NCBI GenBank assembly: GCA_963666315.2
Contig: CAXXHG010000014.1
Span: forward strand, 96,001-160,000
Direction of reading: 5' to 3'
DNA length: 64,000 nucleotides
Source of the DNA: Candidatus Binatia bacterium
GTDB taxonomy: Bacteria > Desulfobacterota > Binatia > Bin18
The notes beneath the pieces were generated by a model. That model made no database searches. It was not told the origin of the DNA and saw only the letters and a program-made list of their open reading frames with translations. The stretch's first letter is position 1. The number at the start of each line of letters is the position of its first letter. Made by a program: the position numbers and the translations under genes. This document shows positions 19,682-29,730 of the stretch, piece after piece.

Positions 19682-21124
19682 CTAGCTTTCTCCCTGCGCC
19701 TCTTCTAAAAGACGGCCGACCATCGCCTTATAGTCCTTCACTGCGGGTGAGTGGTAAAAGCGCGACCGCGTAAAAAGTGGATCACCGGAGTAGAACCACT
19801 CGTACTGTAACTGGCGGCTGCCGAACTGCTCCCCGAGCATGTCCCAAGCGAGCTTAAAAAGCTGAACTCGGTTCCGGGCGGGAAGATTTTTTCCTTGCAG
19901 ATAGCGTTCCAGATAGGGCGCTATCTCCGGGTTCTGAAAATCTCCCTCAGTCGGCGTCATAATAAGACCGCTGCCGCTGACCTGACGAATCACGTCAGCA
20001 GCGCGCACTTGGGCCTGTGGAATAAAGACCCAGAGTGCAGCAGCCAGCGAACGAAGCGAGCCCCCGTCCCGCCGATTGGTCACCACATCTTGAGCGGAAG
20101 CACGCAGCAGGCCGTTGGCAATTTCGGCATTCGCCACCAGCTCGCCGAGTTGGGCTTGAACGTGAGGCGCTTTCGTGCGGCCAATGGCTTCAGCAACCGA
20201 ACATGCCAGACCGGCCATAAAACGCAGCTTTACGGTTCCGCGAATAACCGCCTGCAGCAGTGCGTATCCAGGCGCACGTCCCAGAATGTAGTTCGACGCC
20301 TCGATATCACCGTTGATGAAAACACGTTCCCACGGAACCTCAACATTATCGAAGATCGCGAGTGCGTCTTCTTCGTCAAACCGAAACGAGAGGGGTCGGT
20401 CAAAAGCATTCCGGCCCGTGTTATACGCCTCCCGACAGATAAACTTCAGCCCTGGCGTATCCATGCGAACCGCAAAGCACAGTGTATAGGCTTCCTCTCC
20501 TGGCTTGCGAGGATAAAACGGTCCTACCCATAATTCATTAGAAAAGGGCGCTAATGTAGACAGCATGCGTGCGCCGCTGACCAGAATGCCGGAGTCCGTC
20601 TCCCGCACGACATGCAGGGCAGCCTCAGGGTCGGTTTGCTCAGCCGGCCCTTTTGAACGATCGATCTGCGGATCGACTAGGGTATGGGTCAAACACCAGT
20701 CGTTATCCCGACACTCTTCATAATAACGCAGGGCATTCTCCCCAAAACGCGGCTCACGCTGGCCGATAAACGGCGCGGCAATCGCAGCGTCCGTGACCAG
20801 CGCGTTCATAAAATCCGGCATGCGCCCCATCAAGCCATACGTGGTCTCCGCACGGAATTCCTCTGCTCGGACGCGGCGTTCAACATCTTCGACCGTTTCA
20901 GCCATCAGGAACGACAGCCCCACCGGCTGGCCGTCGTTTGGTGATGGATAGGTCAACATCGACTGGTGGGTCGCGTGTTGGAGGTCGTACAGAGATGCCA
21001 GGGTATCGATGACACCTTGGAACGGCGGGTAGGTCGTGACATCTTTGACACGCTCGCCGTTGACGTACACACTGCGCCCGTCCCTGAGGCTTGCACGATA
21101 TTCTGCGCCCGTCCGAATGCCCAT
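19682..21124 (-). CDS. 4-hydroxyphenylacetate 3-monooxygenase-family oxygenase component
   Basis: RTGAEYRASLRDGR, GRMPDFMN, PQIDRS, FDEEDALAIFDNVEVPWERVF, FGSRQLQYE. Confidence 0.88.
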   Translation of the reverse strand: MGIRTGAEYRASLRDGRSVYVNGERVKDVTTYPPFQGVIDTLASLYDLQHATHQSMLTYPSPNDGQPVGLSFLMAETVEDVERRVRAEEFRAETTYGLMGRMPDFMNALVTDAAIAAPFIGQREPRFGENALRYYEECRDNDWCLTHTLVDPQIDRSKGPAEQTDPEAALHVVRETDSGILVSGARMLSTLAPFSNELWVGPFYPRKPGEEAYTLCFAVRMDTPGLKFICREAYNTGRNAFDRPLSFRFDEEDALAIFDNVEVPWERVFINGDIEASNYILGRAPGYALLQAVIRGTVKLRFMAGLACSVAEAIGRTKAPHVQAQLGELVANAEIANGLLRASAQDVVTNRRDGGSLRSLAAALWVFIPQAQVRAADVIRQVSGSGLIMTPTEGDFQNPEIAPYLERYLQGKNLPARNRVQLFKLAWDMLGEQFGSRQLQYEWFYSGDPLFTRSRFYHSPAVKDYKAMVGRLLEEAQGES

Positions 21125-21148
21125 GAGTGCTCCACGTCGTGATTGATC

Positions 21149-21210
21149 GTAGGGACGACCCTTATGATCGCCCTTATGAAAAGAGGGCAGCCACACAGGG
21201 CTGCCCCTAC
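21149..21210. repeat. Inverted pair of GTAG-type REP palindromes
   Basis: GTAGGGACGACC..ATCGCCCT and AGGGCAGCC..GGCTGCCCCTAC between two co-oriented genes. Confidence 0.7.
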
Positions 21211-21248
21211 AATTCATTTCAGTCCAACCGCTTTTCTTACCGTCTGTT

Positions 21249-21743
21249 TTACTGTCTCAACTGGGCAATCACATCCGCCAGGCCACGGTCGTTCTGAGCG
21301 TATTCCAGCTTATCCATACCCAGATAAGCATTCGGCATACCAGCGTATTCTTCAATAGGATTGTCACAGTAGACTTCAAGCTCATAGCCATCGGGGTCAC
21401 GGAAATAGACGCTCTTGGTCACGCCGTGATTGACGGTGAAGTTCACCGGTACGTCTTTGGCTTTGAGTTCTTCATAGGCCGCCTGCAGTTCTTCCTCGCT
21501 CCGAAGCCGAAAGGCGATATGTGCCAGCCCAACTTGATTCGGTTTGGGTAACTCCGCGGTCGGGCTAATCTGGAAAAGCGCGATTTCATGGTGGTCTCGG
21601 GCATGATTGGCCAAAAAGACCGCGCCGATCTTGGGCACGTCTTTCATGACCTGCATGCCGAGCACCTCGGTGTAAAATTTCTTCGAGCGTTCAAGGTCAC
21701 GGACCTTAATAACCACATGAGCGATACGTTCGGGACGAATCAT
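21249..21743 (-). CDS. VOC family protein (extradiol dioxygenase-like single domain)
   Basis: IAHVVIKV, HHEIAL, LAHIAF, SVYFRDPDGYELE. Confidence 0.85.
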   Translation of the reverse strand: MIRPERIAHVVIKVRDLERSKKFYTEVLGMQVMKDVPKIGAVFLANHARDHHEIALFQISPTAELPKPNQVGLAHIAFRLRSEEELQAAYEELKAKDVPVNFTVNHGVTKSVYFRDPDGYELEVYCDNPIEEYAGMPNAYLGMDKLEYAQNDRGLADVIAQLRQ

Positions 21744-22053
21744 AGCAACCTCCTTTTTTGTGTCGCTTGGGCGCGTCTATTGGGTTTGTTGATTCGACTC
21801 TACACACTTAATCATGCTGTGGAACAAATTGAAACGGATCAAGCCTATTATCCTCCCCTGCTTGGCCAAAGAGTTCAACCTGACCTTATAGGCACCCTAT
21901 TCTCGCGGAAAAGAAAATGAAGAGTAATGCGCTAGCCGCCTCAAGGTTAGGATGGAGCGGATCTTCTCAAGCGCCTCTTCTCTTCACATGTTCGTCTTAA
22001 ATCTTTAACGCAAAACTCCGGATAAGACTCTGAGAAGCTCTTGGAAACCTGGT

Positions 22054-25042
22054 ATGAAAGCGCCCGGACACTTGATAGTGAATTTCTCTCGCTTCAGCAG
22101 CATTATTTTTGTGGTTAGTGCGATTAGTCTAGGACTACTGCTGGCGGTCTTCCTTGTCACCCTCCAAGTTATCGACTTGGCCTCTGCCCTTCTCCTCGGC
22201 GGGCTTGCCGAGCTTGGCATCACACTGAAATGGACCCTTTACGCCCTCCATGCCGCCAACACTAACCTGAAGCAGCAGAGCGATGAGCACAGACGGATCG
22301 ATGAAAAGCTTCGTCTAACCCAGTTCTCCATTGATCGGGCTGCCGTTGCGGCCTTCTGGATTAAACCGGATGCCCAGTTTCTATACGTCAACAACACCGC
22401 GTGTCGCGCTCTGGGCTATACTTATGATGAACTCCGGCTCATGACTGTCCCGGAGATCGATGTCAGTTTTCCAGCCGAGCAATGGGAAGAGCATTGGTCG
22501 GCGCATTGGGAGACGCTCAAGCAAAAGCGATCTTTGACCATTGAGTCACGCCATCGCCGGAAAGGCGGAAGCATCTTCCCGGTAGAAGTTGTAATCAACT
22601 ACTTACAGTTCCAAGGTCAGGAATTTAACGTGGCTTTCGTGCATGACATTACCGAGCGCAAGCAAGCTGAGGAAGCGCTGCGCGAGGGCGGGAAACGCTA
22701 TCGAGACCTTTTTGAAAATGCCAATGACACCCTCATGATTGCAACTCTGGATGGCATAATCGCTAGTGTCAATCGGGGATTTCAAGCCATGACCGGCTGG
22801 TCACGAGAAGAAGTCATCGGACAACATCACCGCAAGGTGGGCACTCCAGCCTCTATCGCCTTAGTCTCAGACCTCCTCCGCCGTTCGCTGGCTGGTGAAG
22901 AAAATACCACCAGCGTTTGAGGCCGAGTTCCTGTGCAAGGACGGCAGAACCATACCGATTGAGGGCCGAACGCGATTCATTCGCGACCAAGAGGGGCGGC
23001 CCATCGCGACGCAGGCGATCTACCGCAATATTACCGAACGCAAGCGGGCTGAGGAGCAGCTCCGCTTGACTCAGTTCTCCATTGACCATGCGGCTATCTC
23101 CATCTGCTGGCTGGGGGCCGGACGGGCGCTTTCTGTAGGTTAATGATGCCGCATGCCGGGCTCTAGGCTATTACGCGCGACGAACTCCTTTCTCTTGCCC
23201 GTCTATGACTTAGATCCGAATTATCCAGCCGAACGCTGGGTAGCACTCCCGGATTGCGATCAAGCAGGGAGGGTTCATTAGCCAGCGAGTCGAGACATCG
23301 CCGGAAAGACGGCAGCATCTTCCCGGTGGAAGTTGCGATCAGCTACTTAGAGTTCCAAGGCCAAGAGTTTTATGTTGCTTTCACTTCTGACATCACTCAA
23401 CGTAAACAAGCGGAGACAGAACTACGGGAAAGCGAGGAGTGCTCTCGAATCATCAGTGAGGCAATTTCCGACTACGCCTTCTGCCTGCGCATAAAAGAGG
23501 ATGGAACGGTGCAATCCGGGTGGTTCACTAACTCATTTACCCGTATGACCGGGTATCCTGCTGAGGATATGGCCCGGCTCCCCACGCCATCCTAGGTCCG
23601 TCCAGACCATCGGGAACAGCTGCAGGAACAATTCCAAAAGATGCGAGCTGGTGAGTCGACAACCACAGAGTTTCGTATCGTGACGAAGTGGGGAGAGGAA
23701 CGCTGGATGCGCTCATACTCGCGGCCAGTACAAGATGAGGCGGGACAGGTACGACGCATTCATGGGTGCCTCGCTGGATATTACCGACCGCAAGCAATCG
23801 AAGATGGCGCTACGGGAAAGTGAAGAGCGCTGGCACCTGGCTTTGCGAGGTTCGAACGACCGGCATTTGGAACTGGAATGTCCTCACCGATGAAATTTTC
23901 TTTTCAGGCCGCTGGAAAGAGATGCTGGGCTATGCCGAGCATGAGCTGGACAATCGACTCGAGGAGTGGAGTAAGCGGCTGCACCCGGATGATACAGAGA
24001 GAGTTCAGCAAGCCATCGATAAATCATTTTGCAGGCAAGACGCGCTTCTACAGCGTTGAGCAACGGATGCGTTGTCAAGATGGAAGCTACAAATGGATTC
24101 TTGCCCGTGGACAGGCCGCTCCGGGATAAACAGGGCACTATTATCCGGATAACTGGCTCCCATACCGACATCACCGACCGCAAGCAAGCCGAGGACGCAC
24201 TCCAACAAGCACACCACGAGTTGGAAAGACGGGTCGAAGAACGAACGGCCGAGCTGGCAGGCGCCAAGGAGGCGGATAACCAGGCTAAAAGCGCCTTCTT
24301 AGCCAATATGTCCCACGAGCTGCGCCACCCCCCTGCATGGCATCCTCAGCTTCGCGAGCGTTGGTCTCAAAAAAGCCACCACCGCCCCCCCCCAGACAAG
24401 CTCCTGGGCTACTTTGGGCATATCGACACTAGTGGCCGCCTCCTCCTCGCCTTGCTCAATGACTTGCTCGATCTGGCCAAACTAGAGTCCGGCAAGATAG
24501 CCTTTGACTTGTCAGCCGACCGATCTCAACCCCTTGCTGGCCGCCATCGCCGATGAGTTTTACTCCCTGCTCTCCGAACGCCAGCTCCAGGTGACATGCC
24601 ACACCCTCCCCGAGCCGGCGGAGGTCAGTCTCGATACCCCCCAAATGCTCCAGGTCCTGCGCAATCTGTTGGCAATGCCGTCAAGTTCTCCCCACCCCAC
24701 GGGCTTATTGAGCTGGGGGTAGAACACCGCCCGCAGGGCGTCGTGGTGACGGTCAGCGACCAGGACGTAGGAATTCCGGCCGGGGAAGAAGGAGCGATTT
24801 TCGACAAGTTTATTCAATCGAGTAAGACCAAGACCGGCGCAGGCGGGACGGGCTTAGGCTTATCGATCTGCCGCGAGATTATCGCCGCCCACCAGGGCCG
24901 GATTTGGGCGAGAACCGACCGGGGGCGGCGCCGTCTTCTGTGTCGAACTCCCGCGCCACCACCACCACCGCCGCGCGACAGACAGACCCCAACCAGATTC
25001 CCGGCAGGAAGAAGCCGCCTGACTCCCTCCTTTTCCGCCTAG
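22054..25042 (+). pseudogene. Multi-PAS sensor histidine kinase, heavily disrupted
   Basis: PAS/PAC repeats, H-box ANMSHELR, N-box GNAVKF and G2 GTGLGLSI lie in different frames; in-frame TAG at 23593 and many indels. Confidence 0.85.
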
Positions 25043-25377
25043 TGGTCGTACGAGTCATGAGACGAAATAAACCGCTTAATATCGTAGCCATCAACCACAC
25101 TCGGTTGTCCGAATTGCTCCACAGCTGGTGCCACTTCAGCCAAGGACAAGGTCAGGTGGAACAGCCGTTTGGCGTTCTCGGGAAGTTCGTCCAAGGAGAA
25201 CTTTTCTAAATACGGCAACACTTCTTCCATCCGCGCCAGCATGGCATCATAAAACGCCTGAATATCTTCCATTGTGCTGGCTTGACGTTTGTCGCTACGC
25301 TCTGTTTCGGTCGCCAGCGACCAATCCCTCCATTTCTCAAGGTCCTTAAATTTTTTCGGTAACGCTGCCTTAGGCAT
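25039..25377 (-). CDS. 112-aa hypothetical protein translationally coupled to a Rieske oxygenase
   Basis: ATG 25377 overlaps the upstream TAA (ATGCCTAA); AGGAGG SD inside the upstream gene. Confidence 0.75.
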   Translation of the reverse strand: MPKAALPKKFKDLEKWRDWSLATETERSDKRQASTMEDIQAFYDAMLARMEEVLPYLEKFSLDELPENAKRLFHLTLSLAEVAPAVEQFGQPSVVDGYDIKRFISSHDSYDH

Positions 25378-26671
25378 GGGCAGCCTCCTGTCCACTCGTG
25401 GCAAACGCCGTATCAACGGGTTGACCCTTGAGCATCTGGTTGATGACATGGTGGCTATGCCGCACCAGGATTTCCTCATCGTGCAGGTAGAATTCTTTTT
25501 TGGCGCCTGAAGAGAGGACAGATTGCGACTCTTCCAACGTCCGACCGTCCTCCAAAATAACATCGCGGAAAATCACGTTGCCGTATTCCTGACTAAAGCG
25601 CTGGCCGGGAGTTTTCGCCTTGGGGAAATACTGGGTCGATGTCCATATGGTCTTATCTACAGCAATAGGAATAAACTGATGGGTAAAATACGACCCCTGA
25701 GAAACATCAACAAAGAAGGCTGGGAAAATCACATTTAGATCTAACGACCATATCTCGCTGCGGAGCGGATTGACTCCTGCAGGCAGACTGTCCGATGAGA
25801 AGTCGCTCCGCATAAGGATGGCACCATTCTGGGCGGCCAACGTTGCCACCGGACTCGGTTTGTAGGCCGGATTGCCAAACAACGAGGCGCGACCGTGGCG
25901 AGGGAAGAGCTTGACGTCTAGGACATGGGAGTATGGATTCTCTGTGCTGGTGAAAGAATCCGGGATAGAACGTTTGTGTAAAGAGGCGACATGGTACACC
26001 TCTTGGAAAGCGTCTTTGACGACCTTCCAGTTGGCATTGACCTCAGTCGACCACGACGTACTGGTGGCTGACAGCTCTCCAAACGGATAGCCCGCCAGCT
26101 CAGCAGCCAAGTCTCCCAAGTATTCCTGGAGGGTTTCTTGAGGATCGGGATCAACATTGATGAAGATAAAACCTTCCCACACATCCACCGCCACCGGCGT
26201 CATACCTAGGCTCTCTTTCTTCAGATCAAAGAAACTCTCTTCATCCGGCACAAACTTGAGCTTACCGTCCAGCCCATAGCTCCAGCCGTGAAACTTACAC
26301 GTAAAGTTCTGGCACCTGCCGCCTTTGTCCCAGGCGATCTTATTGCCCCGGTGCGAGCATATATTATGGAAGGCATTCACTACGCCGTCTGTGCCGCGCA
26401 CGACAATGACCGAAGTGTTACACACTCCCAGGTCTTGGACGAAGTAGTCACCCGCATTCGGAAGCCGTTCCACCCGACCCACATTCAGCCACACCTTCTT
26501 AAAGATCCGTTCGCGCTCTAAGGCGAATTGCTCTTCTGAAATAAAGACATCAGCCGGGACAGGCCCTGTACCTAAGTGGGGATATTTATTGTGCCATTTG
26601 GAGCCACTGGCCGAGCCATTACCGTTCGCCGCAACCCCATTTGTTGTTACACCGTTTGTTGTCGCACTCAT
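25370..26671 (-). CDS. Rieske non-heme iron oxygenase alpha subunit
   Basis: CSHRG...CKFHGW Rieske motif; NWKVVKDAFQEVYHVASLH; distal ED. Confidence 0.92.
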   Translation of the reverse strand: MSATTNGVTTNGVAANGNGSASGSKWHNKYPHLGTGPVPADVFISEEQFALERERIFKKVWLNVGRVERLPNAGDYFVQDLGVCNTSVIVVRGTDGVVNAFHNICSHRGNKIAWDKGGRCQNFTCKFHGWSYGLDGKLKFVPDEESFFDLKKESLGMTPVAVDVWEGFIFINVDPDPQETLQEYLGDLAAELAGYPFGELSATSTSWSTEVNANWKVVKDAFQEVYHVASLHKRSIPDSFTSTENPYSHVLDVKLFPRHGRASLFGNPAYKPSPVATLAAQNGAILMRSDFSSDSLPAGVNPLRSEIWSLDLNVIFPAFFVDVSQGSYFTHQFIPIAVDKTIWTSTQYFPKAKTPGQRFSQEYGNVIFRDVILEDGRTLEESQSVLSSGAKKEFYLHDEEILVRHSHHVINQMLKGQPVDTAFATSGQEAAHA

Positions 26672-27363
26672 TGTACTTCCTCCTTGTGTTGGTCATCGTA
26701 TTCCGTGGTCCAATTCTGTGTTCGACTGTCCAACTGCCCCTCAAGTTTGTGCAAGCGACCCAGCAAGCGCTCACGCCCTGAGTCCGTTGCCACAGCAAGC
26801 AGGCACAGACTTAACCCATACAGCAGTTGTGTTTCAAATCCTTCGATATCGACTCCGCCTTCGATCCAGAGTTCCATCGCCCCCCGGTAATTGACCTGAA
26901 TCTGTAAGGCCACAAGATCGGGGCGCGTATGGGGCTGAAACAATCCTTGTGCGATGCCGGCATCTAATCCTCGCTGCCACAGCGTTGTACAACGCTGGAC
27001 AATGCGTGGAACTGGCAACAATTCTCCGGTTGTCACCATTGAAGAGAGCAGACTGCGATAAAAGACCGGGGCGCGCACATACTCTTTTACGGAGAACTGC
27101 GTCAGCACGTACATCGCATCAATCGGATCCTGCTGATCGAGCTCGTCAGCAGCAGTATCCAGCGTATCAAAGAAGGACTCGAGCAAGGCGTATAGGACAT
27201 CGGCCTTAGAACCAAACAGGTTATAAGGCGTGACTAAGCTGACCTGAGCCTCGCGCGCCAGCTCGCGCATGGACATACGCGTATAACCTTCTGTGCGGAT
27301 CAAACGCCGTGCCGCACTCAGAATGCGTTGTTTTCGCTCGGTCTTTTGTATCTCACGAAGCAT
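26668..27363 (-). CDS. TetR/AcrR family regulator
   Basis: RILSAARRLI..EGY...SMRELAREAQVSLVTPYNLFGSK HTH; 4-bp overlap with the Rieske gene. Confidence 0.9.
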   Translation of the reverse strand: MLREIQKTERKQRILSAARRLIRTEGYTRMSMRELAREAQVSLVTPYNLFGSKADVLYALLESFFDTLDTAADELDQQDPIDAMYVLTQFSVKEYVRAPVFYRSLLSSMVTTGELLPVPRIVQRCTTLWQRGLDAGIAQGLFQPHTRPDLVALQIQVNYRGAMELWIEGGVDIEGFETQLLYGLSLCLLAVATDSGRERLLGRLHKLEGQLDSRTQNWTTEYDDQHKEEVQ

Positions 27364-27405
27364 AACGAGTTTTAAATTTAAAACACGTTATAGTTTTTGT
27401 GTCAA
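27362..27405 (-). promoter_or_regulatory. Putative TetR operator overlapping a sigma70-type promoter
   Basis: ATAACGAGTTTTAAATTTAAAACACGTTAT (27362-27391), palindromic except one pair; minus-strand TTGACA at 27405-27400. Confidence 0.7.
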
Positions 27406-27493
27406 GGAAAATCCTTTGCCGCGAACTTCACCAACCTGATTTTACTGCGTGAGTTCTGCCCTGTCCGGCTCTGCCTATATAGAGTTTGAAGAA

Positions 27494-28729
27494 TCAGTCA
27501 GATCTGTAGAAGCCGACCATATCCTCTATCACCTTATGTCCATGTCGGACTAAGAGTTCTTGGTCCTGTAGAACAAACTCCTTCTTTGCACCCGAGGCGA
27601 GCATGGACTGGGTTGCTTCCAAGGTGCTGGCATCTTCCAGGAGCGCTTCGCGCAGAAGGATCTTACTGTACTCCTGACTAAAGCGGTGAGCCGCATTTTG
27701 TACCGGCGGGAAATACGTCCGGACTTCCCAAATCGTCCGCCCCGGAGCGAGGGGCCAAAAATGTTGCGTGAGATACGTTCCGTCAAAGACAAACACATCA
27801 AAATTGGGGAAGATCATATTGGCGTCAAAGGCCCAAAACTGACTCCGAGTCGGATTCACGCCTAACGGTAGCTCGCCCATGTCCCAATCCCGTTTAACAA
27901 TGGACGAACCAAAGCGATGGGCGAGCAACTCGACTGGGCTGGGCTGATGGTCAGGATTACCAAATACCGACATGCGATGGTTGCGTTCATACAGCTTAAA
28001 CGCGAAAGCGTGCGCATACGGATTGTCCGGGCTGGTAAACGAATCGGGCAGCGAGCGCTTATGTAAGAAGGGTACATGATACGCCTCGTGAAAGGCATCT
28101 TTGAGCACCTTCCAGTTGGCCTTGAGTTCCGTATGCCAGGCGTAACACGTAGTCAGCTTCTCAAAGGGATAGCCCTCTATCCCTGCACCAAGTTCTCCAA
28201 GATGTTCCTTTAAGGTTTCAAGTGGCTCAGGATTAAGATTGATAAAAACAAAGCCTTCCCACACATCGACTGTAATCGGCGTCAGGCCAAGCTGGTCTTT
28301 TTGAAGAGCAAAAAAGCTCTCTTCATCTGGTACGAATTTGAGGCTGCCATCGAGGCCATAACTCCAGCCGTGAAATTTACACGTAAAGTTCTGACATGTG
28401 CCTGCATGATCCCACACCATCTTATTGCCCCGATGGGAACACATATTGTGAAGAGCGTTGACCGCCCCGCCCTTACCACGCGTCACAATGACTGACGTGC
28501 CACACACGGGCAAGTCTTTAACAAAATAATCGCCCGGATTCCGGATCTGCTCAACGCGGCCAACATTCAACCACGTCTTCTTATAAATCCGCTCCCGCTC
28601 CAACTCGAAATATTCTTGTGAAACACACGGCTCAATTGGAATCGGCCCGGTGCCGAGTTCAGGGTAGTCGTTGTGCCAGACTTTACCGTTAGTGATGGTG
28701 TCTTGTCCGTTTTGTGCCGACGTGGGCAT
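27494..28729 (-). CDS. Second Rieske non-heme iron oxygenase alpha subunit (paralog)
   Basis: CSHRG...CKFHGW; NWKVLKDAFHEAYHVPFLH; GGAGG SD before ATG 28729. Confidence 0.92.
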   Translation of the reverse strand: MPTSAQNGQDTITNGKVWHNDYPELGTGPIPIEPCVSQEYFELERERIYKKTWLNVGRVEQIRNPGDYFVKDLPVCGTSVIVTRGKGGAVNALHNMCSHRGNKMVWDHAGTCQNFTCKFHGWSYGLDGSLKFVPDEESFFALQKDQLGLTPITVDVWEGFVFINLNPEPLETLKEHLGELGAGIEGYPFEKLTTCYAWHTELKANWKVLKDAFHEAYHVPFLHKRSLPDSFTSPDNPYAHAFAFKLYERNHRMSVFGNPDHQPSPVELLAHRFGSSIVKRDWDMGELPLGVNPTRSQFWAFDANMIFPNFDVFVFDGTYLTQHFWPLAPGRTIWEVRTYFPPVQNAAHRFSQEYSKILLREALLEDASTLEATQSMLASGAKKEFVLQDQELLVRHGHKVIEDMVGFYRSD

Positions 28730-28833
28730 AGAATCATTCCTCCCTATCCCCATCTATCCCATGTTGAGATACGTATCAATCGCTTTCTTGCCATCGACCA
28801 CATTTGAAGCAATCAGCAAAGAGGTTGGTACGC

Positions 28834-29539
28834 CTACCATTCCTCTCCAAAAGGCCGGATATCAAGCTCAAACGTCCAGCCAGAACGGTCCTGATGGACG
28901 ACGTTCCAAATCGTGTCGGCAATGGCCGAGGTCTTGATAAAAAAGTCGTCCGGTTTGTCGTCCAACAATTCGCGCGCGAACGGCATATCAATGCCTCCAT
29001 CGATAACGAGGAAAGACACATGCACTCCCCGTGGCCCCAGAGTGCGTACCATGGACTGGGCCAAGATGCGTTGCGCGGTTTTAGTTGGTGCGAACGCAGC
29101 GAATTGCGGCTTCCCCCGCCAGGAGGCAGTGTTGCCTGTCACCATAATGGCCCCATGCCCGGCTTCGAGCATATGCGGGACAACGGCCCGGGCCATATAC
29201 AGTAGCCCCATCGTATTGACCTGGAAGTTCTGCTCCAAGCCTTTTGGATCAATCTCTAAAAACGTACCGAATATAGAATCAAAACTGACTGCATTGTTGA
29301 TCAAGACTGACGGTGGTCCAAGTTGCTCGGTCACTGCAGCGACCGTCGCATTCACTTCAGCCTCGTTGCTGACATCACACATATGCCGTGGTACCCGGAA
29401 TCTCCTGCTCAAACTGTTTGAGCCGCTCTTCATTGTGGGCAAACATCGCTACGCGATAGCCACCCTGTGCAAACCGACGCACCGCAGCAACACCTGTTCC
29501 ATGACCCACACCAGTCACAATGCACACTTTTTCTAGCAT
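28834..29539 (-). pseudogene. Short-chain dehydrogenase/reductase, frameshifted
   Basis: N-terminus MLEKVCIVTGVGHGTG (ATG 29539) stops at TAT-GTG-TGA near 29375; CDVS...INNA...FAPTK continues in another frame. Confidence 0.8.
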
Positions 29540-29730
29540 CACTTCTTCCTCCCGGATTCAAATCAAAAAAGACACTGAGACGTAGGAGCCTATCTTGGTC
29601 GTTCCACTAAACGGCCGGAGACGTACTTATAAAGGACATTGTCATAAGGCATTTCCTTCAGTTCTCATTACCTCTGGTCAGTTGTCGGGCGTCCGACAAA
29701 CTGATATCGCGGATCGTCAAAAACTGACGC

